DNA of 61,939 nucleotides, taken from NCBI GenBank assembly GCA_964646755.1, contig CAZYIE010000005.1, forward strand, positions 1-61,939. The letters are read 5' to 3'. Below are positions 1 through 6,656 of the stretch, piece after piece. The position numbers were made by a program, and so were the translations under genes. This DNA is from an uncultured Smithella sp. Its GTDB lineage: Bacteria > Desulfobacterota > Syntrophia > Syntrophales > Smithellaceae. The notes beneath the pieces were generated by a model, which saw nothing but the letters and a program-made list of their open reading frames with translations, had not been told where the DNA came from and ran no database searches. The number at the start of each line of letters is the position of its first letter. The stretch's first letter is position 1.

Positions 1-97
1 GCACGACAGTGCGTGTGGCAATCTAAATATTATCAATGGCTTAAGAGATTGCTTCGCTCATCATATTCGCTCGCAAAGACATTGCGACACAGTCTCA
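1..97. repeat. Right part of a palindromic miniature element (GCAATCT...AGATTGC type) ending in the terminal repeat ATTGCGACACAGTCTC; left end lies outside the window
   Basis: Positions 1-52 match 57657-57708 at 51/52 nt, and both copies continue into ATTGCGACACAGTCTCA (here 81-97). Confidence 0.8.
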
Positions 98-148
98 TGC
101 GCCGGAACGACGTCATTTGGGACTTTATACAAGACCGTTAATGCGGAA

Positions 149-178
149 GGCTGAGGGCTGAAGACCGGCAGCCTAAAT
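149..178 (+). repeat. GGCTGAGGGCTGAAG...CAGCCTAAAT motif, copy 1
   Basis: The same 15-mer and 10-mer recur at 3694-3708 and 3734-3743. Confidence 0.6.
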
Positions 179-184
179 TATTTA

Positions 185-213
185 TTGACAATTGGACTGA
201 TTTATTTTAGTTT
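185..213 (+). promoter_or_regulatory. Sigma70-type promoter for the leader peptide and oxidoreductase operon
   Basis: TTGACA (185-190), 17-nt spacer, TAGTTT (208-213); GAGGA RBS at 229-233 before the leader ATG at 243. Confidence 0.65.
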
Positions 214-242
214 TCTTTAAAATTAATTGAGGATTTTGAGAG

Positions 243-341
243 ATGACCGGCGAATATAAGAGAAACATAGCAATTCTGTTTGAACTCCTGTTGTGCCTTC
301 TCCTTCTGGTGCTATCACTTTCCATCGCCCGTCGTTTTTAG
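243..341 (+). CDS. Leu-rich leader peptide, 32 aa (MTGEYKRNIAILFELLLCLLLLVLSLSIARRF); below the ORF-track length cutoff
   Basis: Translated by hand: ATG 243 to TAG 339-341, RBS 9 nt upstream, 10 Leu + 3 Ile + 1 Val; the stop codon lies inside the antiterminator arm. Confidence 0.75.
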   Translation: MTGEYKRNIAILFELLLCLLLLVLSLSIARRF

Positions 342-405
342 GAAAAACCGATAAAAAACAAAATCCTAAAGGCCATGGGCAGAAAAACCATGGCCTTTTT
401 ACTTT
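327..405 (+). promoter_or_regulatory. Transcription attenuator with antiterminator (327-343 : 364-380) and intrinsic terminator (368-378 : 388-398, then TTACTTT)
   Basis: The terminator stem AAAGGCCATGG/CCATGGCCTTT is a perfect 11-bp repeat. The alternative 16-bp stem (3 G-U pairs, one C/C mismatch) sequesters the terminator's whole 5' arm. Confidence 0.75.
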
Positions 406-454
406 AGTAAGTTAGAAACGCACTTATCCCGTTTATCGGGGCTAGGAAACTTTT

Positions 455-1021
455 ATGCATGAAATCATTTGGCACGGCAGAGGTGGTCAAGGGGTGGTCG
501 TTGCAGCACAAATTCTCGCAGAGGCTGCATACCTGCAAGGTTATAAGGGCGTAACATCCGCTCCGACTTTCGGCCCGGAACGGCGCGGCGCACCACTCAC
601 AGCATCGACGAGAATTTCGGATGCACCGCTGAGAACTTTTGCGCAGATTGAATTTGCTGATATTGCCGTTGTTCTCGATCCCTCCTTGTTGAAAGTTGTT
701 GATATTCAAGGTTCACTCAAAGACGGCGGCTTAATTATTATTAATTCAGATTTACAGCCGGAGAATTTTCACCTGAGAGCTGGATTAAAGATTGCAGTCG
801 TTGATGCAGTGAAAGTCGCCCTGAAATTTCACCTGCTGAAAGAAGCGGCGCCGGTTGTCAATACACCATTGTTGGGCGCATTTGCCCGGGCATCAGACAT
901 AGTTTCCCTCGAATATATTGAAAAAGGATTAAAAAAGAAATTGCCGCCGCAAGTAGTTGCGGCAAACAGTATGGCCTTAAACATGGCTTATGAAGAAACG
1001 ATAATTAAGAAAATAGGCTGA
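455..1021 (+). CDS. porC: 2-oxoacid:ferredoxin oxidoreductase gamma subunit
   Basis: N-terminal HGRGGQGVV and FGPERRGAP motifs; first gene of a gamma-delta-alpha-beta cluster. Confidence 0.9.
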   Translation: MHEIIWHGRGGQGVVVAAQILAEAAYLQGYKGVTSAPTFGPERRGAPLTASTRISDAPLRTFAQIEFADIAVVLDPSLLKVVDIQGSLKDGGLIIINSDLQPENFHLRAGLKIAVVDAVKVALKFHLLKEAAPVVNTPLLGAFARASDIVSLEYIEKGLKKKLPPQVVAANSMALNMAYEETIIKKIG

Positions 1022-1035
1022 AGAATTACTTTTTC

Positions 1036-1137
1036 TGTCATTCCGTCCTGCATGCGCCGGATGCTATTCCAGCGAAGCGCGACACGGAATCCAGTATTAT
1101 CGGCAAGTTCTGGATACCGGCTTTCGCCGGTATGACA
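1036..1137. repeat. Palindromic miniature element (GTCATTCCG...GGAATCCAG...CTGGATACCGGC-TTTC-GCCGGTATGAC type) between the gamma and delta genes
   Basis: TGTCAT/ATGACA ends; internal inverted pairs ATCCAG/CTGGAT (1089-1094/1110-1115) and ACCGGC/GCCGGT (1116-1131). Confidence 0.7.
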
Positions 1138-1175
1138 TCCTTGCTTTCGGTCTAGCAACCTAAAGGACTGACTAT

Positions 1176-1469
1176 ATGGAAAAGAAAGACAAGAATATTT
1201 CCGCCATGAGTACACCGGCAATAGGTGAAGCAGGATTTACCGGCGACTGGCGCGACATGAAACCGGTTATCGATCACGGCAAATGCATCCCTTCCGTAAA
1301 AAACAAGCCGGCCTGCTATTTGTGCTGGTTGTATTGTCCCGAAGGAGTAATCAAAACAGGCATTCCGGTGGAAATCGATATGGACTACTGCAAAGGTTGC
1401 GGGATTTGCGCGGAAGAATGTCCGGCCAAAGCAATCACCATGGTAAACGAGGGGGACGACAATGGCTGA
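1176..1469 (+). CDS. porD: 2-oxoacid:ferredoxin oxidoreductase delta subunit (2x[4Fe-4S] ferredoxin-like)
   Basis: CYLCWLYCP and CKGCGICAEECP cluster motifs; TGDWR motif; position in operon. Confidence 0.9.
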   Translation: MEKKDKNISAMSTPAIGEAGFTGDWRDMKPVIDHGKCIPSVKNKPACYLCWLYCPEGVIKTGIPVEIDMDYCKGCGICAEECPAKAITMVNEGDDNG

Positions 1470-2667
1470 AGTGCAAACAATGACCGGCAACACGGCCGCA
1501 GCTACAGCGGTGAAACTGTGCCAGGTTCAGGTAGTCTCTGCTTATCCGATAACACCGCAAACTTCTGTTACGGAAACACTGTCGCAATTCATCGAAAGCG
1601 GCCAGTTAAAGGCCGAATATGTCCGGGTGGAAAGCGAACATTCCGCCATGACGGTTTGCATTTCGGCCTCTACTGTAGGTGCCAGAGTATTCACTTCCAC
1701 CAGCTCGCATGGTTTGCTTTACATGCATGAGCAACTGCACTGGGCGGCGGGATCGCGTCTGCCCATCGTCATGTGCTGTGTGAATCGCGGCGTTGGAGCT
1801 CCGTGGTCAATATTTAATGATCAGCAGGATTCTATTTCTCAGCGTGATACCGGTTGGATTCAACTTTATTGCCGCGACAATCAGGAGATCATTGACACGG
1901 TTATTCAGGCTTATCGTATTGCCGAAGAAGTTTATGCACCCGTTATGGTTTGCTATGACGGCTTTGTTCTTTCCCATACAATGATGCCCGTTTGTCTGCC
2001 TGATGCCGAGCAGGTAAATTCTTTTCTGCCAGCCTACAAACCGCATACGATTCTTTCGGCCGATAATCCGCGCAATATCAACCCTGTTATTTTCCCGGGA
2101 ATGCGGAAAAATTCGGCGGGAATTCTTTGCGACGGCTATATGGAAATACGTTATAAACTGCAGGAAGCTCTGGAAAAAGCAAGAGATGTTATTGTCTCTA
2201 CCGGAATGAAATATTCAAAACTTACCGGCCGCGATTACAGTGGAATGTTGTGGCACTACAAAACCGATGATGCGGAGGTAATTTTAACCGGTATGGGATC
2301 CATTGCTACAGAAGCCACCGTTGCTGTTGACGAATTGCGACTCGCAGGCATCAAAGCCGGTGTTGTCGGAGTGCGTGTTTTCCGCCCGTTCCCCCGTACT
2401 GCGATCCAGCAGGCTTTGAAAAATGCCCACGCTATTATTGTTCTGGAAAAAGATATCAGTTATGGCTATGAAGGCGCGCTTTGCTCAGACATTAAAGCGG
2501 CGCTTTACGGAACCGGCATTAATCCACCACTGCATAATTTCATCGCCGGATTGGGCGGACGTGATGTAAAAGCGCGGGAAATATTCGAAGCAGTCCAGAC
2601 ATCACTTAACGAAATGAATAGTCAAAATGCACAAAATAAAACCATCTGGATAAACTGCCGTAAATAA
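1462..2667 (+). CDS. porA: 2-oxoacid:ferredoxin oxidoreductase alpha subunit
   Basis: AYPITPQT, VESEHSA, FRPFP and GLGGRD motifs. Confidence 0.93.
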   Translation: MAEVQTMTGNTAAATAVKLCQVQVVSAYPITPQTSVTETLSQFIESGQLKAEYVRVESEHSAMTVCISASTVGARVFTSTSSHGLLYMHEQLHWAAGSRLPIVMCCVNRGVGAPWSIFNDQQDSISQRDTGWIQLYCRDNQEIIDTVIQAYRIAEEVYAPVMVCYDGFVLSHTMMPVCLPDAEQVNSFLPAYKPHTILSADNPRNINPVIFPGMRKNSAGILCDGYMEIRYKLQEALEKARDVIVSTGMKYSKLTGRDYSGMLWHYKTDDAEVILTGMGSIATEATVAVDELRLAGIKAGVVGVRVFRPFPRTAIQQALKNAHAIIVLEKDISYGYEGALCSDIKAALYGTGINPPLHNFIAGLGGRDVKAREIFEAVQTSLNEMNSQNAQNKTIWINCRK

Positions 2668-2774
2668 ACCCCGTTAGAAATAACGGGAGTTTCGGAATTG
2701 CAGATGTCTGTATTATGCCGACATCTTGGAACCATTAAACATTCGAAAAGCGTTAGAAAAATTTCTAACGGGGT
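2668..2774. mobile_element. 107-bp MITE-like element with perfect 14-bp terminal inverted repeats, between the alpha and beta genes
   Basis: ACCCCGTTAGAAAT (2668-2681) and ATTTCTAACGGGGT (2761-2774); begins immediately after the porA stop codon; non-coding interior. Confidence 0.7.
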
Positions 2775-2789
2775 AAAAGGAAATGAGTC

Positions 2790-3689
2790 ATGCCGGAAAA
2801 TTTGTTTAAAGTTAATAAAGAAGAATATATGCTGCCGGGAAATAGATCCTGCCAGGGTTGTGGTCTCTCCCTGGCTTATCGCTATGCTCTCAAAGCGTTG
2901 CGCGAAAATACTATTTTGACGATTCCAGCCAGTTGCCTCACTGTTCTGCATGGTTTATATCCGACAACATCCGTAACTATTCCGTGCCTTAACTGCACTT
3001 TTGCCAGCACGGCAGCCTCTGCCGCCGGCCTCGTCGCCGGACTTGCCGCCACCGGCAGAGCGGATACTACAGTTGTGGCCTTTGCCGGTGACGGCGGGAC
3101 GTATGACATCGGCATCCAGGCGTTGAGCGGAGCAGCGGAAAGAGGGACCGATTTTATTTTTGTCTGCTATGATAACGAAGGCTATATGAACACGGGAACC
3201 CAGCGTTCGAGTGCTACCCCGATGGGGGCAATCACAACAACAACACCGATCCTGACCAAAGAACAAAACAAAAAAGATATGCTGAAAATTATGGAAGCTC
3301 ACGATATTGCTTATATTGCCACCACAACGCCTGCATATCCTATTGACCTCTACGATAAATTCGTCAAAGCCAAACGCATTAAGGGAACACGTTATATGCA
3401 AATTCATGTTCCCTGTCCGCCGGGCTGGGGTTTTCCACCGCGCGACACGGTAAAAATAGCGCGATTGGCTATCGAAACCGGTGTCTTTGTTCTCTTCGAA
3501 ATGGAAAATGGAAAATTCCGTTTTACCGGCCGCAGTAAGTCACTGGCGGAAAAAGGTAATCGCCTGCCTTTAATAAATTATATCGAACGACAGGATCGCT
3601 TTAAAAAAATTAGCGAAGAACAACTGCACAGTATGCAGAAATTTATCGATAACAAGTGGAATGAATACTTAAAAAAGGCTGAGAGCTAA
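2790..3689 (+). CDS. porB: 2-oxoacid:ferredoxin oxidoreductase beta subunit (TPP-binding)
   Basis: SCQGCG, GDGGTYDIG...YDNEGYMNTG TPP-binding motif, and PCPPGW. Confidence 0.93.
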   Translation: MPENLFKVNKEEYMLPGNRSCQGCGLSLAYRYALKALRENTILTIPASCLTVLHGLYPTTSVTIPCLNCTFASTAASAAGLVAGLAATGRADTTVVAFAGDGGTYDIGIQALSGAAERGTDFIFVCYDNEGYMNTGTQRSSATPMGAITTTTPILTKEQNKKDMLKIMEAHDIAYIATTTPAYPIDLYDKFVKAKRIKGTRYMQIHVPCPPGWGFPPRDTVKIARLAIETGVFVLFEMENGKFRFTGRSKSLAEKGNRLPLINYIERQDRFKKISEEQLHSMQKFIDNKWNEYLKKAES

Positions 3690-3693
3690 AAGC

Positions 3694-3743
3694 GGCTGAG
3701 GGCTGAAGGCCGAAGACTGTTAGGATGAACCTTCAGCCTAAAT
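3694..3743 (+). repeat. GGCTGAGGGCTGAAG...CAGCCTAAAT motif, copy 2, overlapping the waaA stop codon
   Basis: Exact matches to 149-163 and 169-178. Confidence 0.6.
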
Positions 3744-5025
3744 GCCTGTTTATCAACTCCGCATAGCGGGCGGCGGCACCCATATTGGCGGCAACAATGG
3801 CCTTACCTTGGGCGCCTCTTCGCTCCAGTTCTTCGGGATTTTCCAGCGCACTAACAATACCCTGCAGCAACTCTGCGGCATTGCGAATCGTTACTCCGGC
3901 ATCAACATTTTCCAGCAAGGTCTTTTCGTCAGTAAAATCTTCCATCGACGGACCGTAGAAAATTACTTTGCCCCAGGCTGCTGCCTCCAAAATGTTCTGG
4001 CCGCCTTTCGGCACCAGGCTTCCCCCGCAATAAACAACCTCTGCCAAAGAATATACTTTGAAGAGTTCGCCGATAACATCAACAATAATAATGCGCTCAC
4101 CCTGACGATTCTGACCACCCTTCATCGCGCTAACCTTAATGACATCGTCCAGAGCGTATTTATGTAAAAGCTCTAAAACATCTTTGGTCCTCTCAATGTG
4201 CCGCGGAATGAGAATTAATTTAAAATCAGGATATTTTTTTATAAGTTCCTGATAAACATTAATAATGACATCTTCTTCTCCCGAATGAGTGCTGCCGGCG
4301 ACAAAAAATCTTTCGTTTTCCCTTGCTCTAAGCAAAGCGGCAACTTCCTTGTGCAATTCCGGAGAAGCCAGCGCTGCCAGGGCATCATATTTGGAATTTC
4401 CCATTATTTTAATTTTCCCGTAATCGATCCCGATCTCCTTTACCCGCTCTGCATCAACAGCAGAAATCATCGCGGCGGCCGACAGATAATGCAGAATTCT
4501 CCGCCAGAAAAATCTCGTCAATTTATATTTGCCGTAAGAGCGCGGTGAAATCCTGCCGTTAACCATCAGTGCTTTAATATTGCGTTCATAACAGGTCTTG
4601 AGAAAATTAGGCCAGAGCTCAGTTTCGATCATTACAAAAACGTCCGGCTTCACGAGGCCAATCATTTTGCGCACCACACAAGGAATGTCCAGAGGAAAGT
4701 AAATGAAGGCAGCAACGTCTTTTACTAAACGCTGCGCCATTTCCTGCCCTGTTTCCGTACTAGTGGAAAAAATTATCTCTACATCCGGCCGCATCTGCTT
4801 TAACGAAGCTACAATGGGCGCGGCGGCGGTTACTTCACCTACAGATACTGCATGTATCCAGACATGCGGCGTATTTTTTAATTTTACCAATATTTGCGCC
4901 TGCCTGCCGCCAAGTTTGGGAATAAAACTTTTGCGGTATTTACCGGTAAAAGCTATTTTAAATAAAAAATAAGGCAAGATAACAAAACTGGCCGCAAACA
5001 AAATTGAATTATATAAAATATACAT
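3733..5025 (-). CDS. waaA: 3-deoxy-D-manno-octulosonic acid (Kdo) transferase
   Basis: N-terminal TM helix; WIHAVSVGE, ETELWPN, PRHIER and GGSLVPKGGQNILE motifs. Confidence 0.93.
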   Translation of the reverse strand: MYILYNSILFAASFVILPYFLFKIAFTGKYRKSFIPKLGGRQAQILVKLKNTPHVWIHAVSVGEVTAAAPIVASLKQMRPDVEIIFSTSTETGQEMAQRLVKDVAAFIYFPLDIPCVVRKMIGLVKPDVFVMIETELWPNFLKTCYERNIKALMVNGRISPRSYGKYKLTRFFWRRILHYLSAAAMISAVDAERVKEIGIDYGKIKIMGNSKYDALAALASPELHKEVAALLRARENERFFVAGSTHSGEEDVIINVYQELIKKYPDFKLILIPRHIERTKDVLELLHKYALDDVIKVSAMKGGQNRQGERIIIVDVIGELFKVYSLAEVVYCGGSLVPKGGQNILEAAAWGKVIFYGPSMEDFTDEKTLLENVDAGVTIRNAAELLQGIVSALENPEELERRGAQGKAIVAANMGAAARYAELINRHLG

Positions 5026-5053
5026 TTATATTTCTCTACTTTGTGCCTTACTC

Positions 5054-5380
5054 CTAAAAAAAAGAATTAAGGTGTTCTAAGATATCGCTTAAATATTTAT
5101 CGGCAACTCGATCAGCGAACTTTGCATTGCGAGAAGAATAGTCCAAGGCTTTTATTTGTTCCAACATTACACAACCGGCAACTTTTTTACATCCTATCAA
5201 CTCCATATGCAGCGGATAATCTTTTTTTTGAGACGTAATTGGACAAACTATAGCGAAACCGGTTAAGCGATTAAAGTCATCTTTACTGACTACTAATGCC
5301 GGTCGATGACCAGCTTGCTCGTGACCTTTTTGCGGATTAAAGTCAATCCAAATAACGTCACCTTGCTGGGGAATGTACAT
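5054..5380 (-). CDS. mazF: PemK/MazF-family toxin (endoribonuclease)
   Basis: QGDVIWIDFNPQKGHEQAGHRPALVVS and CPITSQ motifs; ATG overlaps the antitoxin stop (TAATG). Confidence 0.9.
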   Translation of the reverse strand: MYIPQQGDVIWIDFNPQKGHEQAGHRPALVVSKDDFNRLTGFAIVCPITSQKKDYPLHMELIGCKKVAGCVMLEQIKALDYSSRNAKFADRVADKYLSDILEHLNSFF

Positions 5381-5610
5381 TACCACTCCTCACGTCCTTT
5401 GGGACCATCCCAAAACTCTTCCGGTTTTTCACCGGTATAGCCGGAAAATAATGTTTCCAAATCATATTTTTTAGGTTTTTGAATGATAATTCTATTTCTA
5501 TCAGCAATTAGTTCCACCGATTCGTTAACCTGAATACCCACCATATCAATTAATTTTTTGGGTAGCCTGATTCCTTGACTCCCGCCCCAACTTTGAACTT
5601 TGGTAAACAT
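5380..5610 (-). CDS. mazE: AbrB/MazE-family antitoxin
   Basis: KVQSWGGSQGIRLPK AbrB-like N-terminus; C-terminal GPKGREEW; GGAGG RBS before ATG 5610. Confidence 0.88.
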   Translation of the reverse strand: MFTKVQSWGGSQGIRLPKKLIDMVGIQVNESVELIADRNRIIIQKPKKYDLETLFSGYTGEKPEEFWDGPKGREEW

Positions 5611-5628
5611 AGTCACACCTCCGGAAAA

Positions 5629-5657
5629 AGTATATACATATATAGACATATGGTCAA
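5629..5657 (-). promoter_or_regulatory. mazEF promoter with an overlapping GTATATAC palindrome (candidate autoregulatory operator)
   Basis: Minus strand TTGACC, 17 nt, TATACT; palindrome GTATATAC at 5630-5637. Confidence 0.7.
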
Positions 5658-5777
5658 GAAAAAGAATTGAAGAAGGCTGAATCCTTTTCTACCCGCTTTT
5701 TATCTTCTATGTGCAAGCTTTGCTTCCTGATACCAAGTTGCATTCAAAAGATAAAACAGCGTTTGGCCGACATTCCA

Positions 5778-5847
5778 CGCCGGGTCAGGTGACCCGGCCT
5801 ACAACTAAACATAAATCTGTGCTGTAGGCCGCGTGACCCACGCGGCG
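5778..5847. repeat. Inverted doublet of GTAG-type REP elements
   Basis: Minus strand GTAG-GCCGGGTCA-CC-TGACCCGGC (5779-5802) and plus strand GTAG-GCCGCGTG-ACC-CACGCGGC (5824-5846). Confidence 0.75.
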
Positions 5848-6002
5848 AAAGCTATTTGTTGGACCCTTTGTTGGTAATTTGCCTTGGATCCGACGAAGGC
5901 TTCGCTTGAACCTTTCACCTTTTTCCTCTTGTCCTCAGCCTTATTCAGATTGACAACGAGGCGACTTTAGTATAGTTCAGCTCTCAAAGGAGTAAAATTT
6001 CA

Positions 6003-6656
6003 ATGGCACTAATTGCCCCTTCTATCCTCTCAGCTGACGGCAGCAGGTTCGCCGAAGAAATTATCGCGGTGGAAAAAGCCGGAGCCGACTGGATTCACAT
6101 TGATGTAATGGACGGACATTTTGTCCCCAATATTACTCTGGGACCGGCAATCATAGCAGCGTTGAGAAAAACGACCAAACTCCCTTTTGATGTACACTTG
6201 ATGATTGAGAACCCCGAAGACTACATCGAATCCTTTGCAGAAGCCGGTGCCGACATCATCACCGTCCATGTGGAAGCGGCCAATCATCTCCATCGCACGA
6301 TTGATCTGATAAAAAAAAATGGCAAGAAAGCGGGTGTATCGTTGAATCCGGCAACCCCGCTGAACCAGATAGAAGACATCCTGCCCGACATTGATCTTTT
6401 GTTGATCATGACCGTAAACCCCGGCTTTGGCGGTCAGCAATTTATTAAAAGCACCTTGCCGAAAATTGCCCGGGCCAGCCAATTATTGAGCGCCTTACCC
6501 AATAAACCTTTATTGGAAGTGGATGGTGGAGTTAATTTACAAAACATAAATAGCATTGCCCAGGCCGGGGCCCAGGTATTGGTGGCCGGAAATTCTGTCT
6601 TCAGCACGTCGGATTACGTCAAAACAATTTCCGAACTGAAGGCCTCTATTGTTTAG
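6003..6656 (+). CDS. rpe: Ribulose-phosphate 3-epimerase
   Basis: IAPSILSAD, HIDVMDGHFVPN, DVHLM, MTVNPGFGGQ and EVDGG motifs. Confidence 0.97.
   Translation: MALIAPSILSADGSRFAEEIIAVEKAGADWIHIDVMDGHFVPNITLGPAIIAALRKTTKLPFDVHLMIENPEDYIESFAEAGADIITVHVEAANHLHRTIDLIKKNGKKAGVSLNPATPLNQIEDILPDIDLLLIMTVNPGFGGQQFIKSTLPKIARASQLLSALPNKPLLEVDGGVNLQNINSIAQAGAQVLVAGNSVFSTSDYVKTISELKASIV

Noticed and set aside
404-709. Minus-strand 101-aa ORF, and the many other antisense or alternate-frame ORFs in the track
   Set aside because: They overlap well-supported genes and show no recognisable motifs; treated as shadow ORFs.
5950-5976. rpe promoter TTGACA...TATAGT
   Set aside because: The spacer is only 15 nt; plausible but not well enough supported to list.
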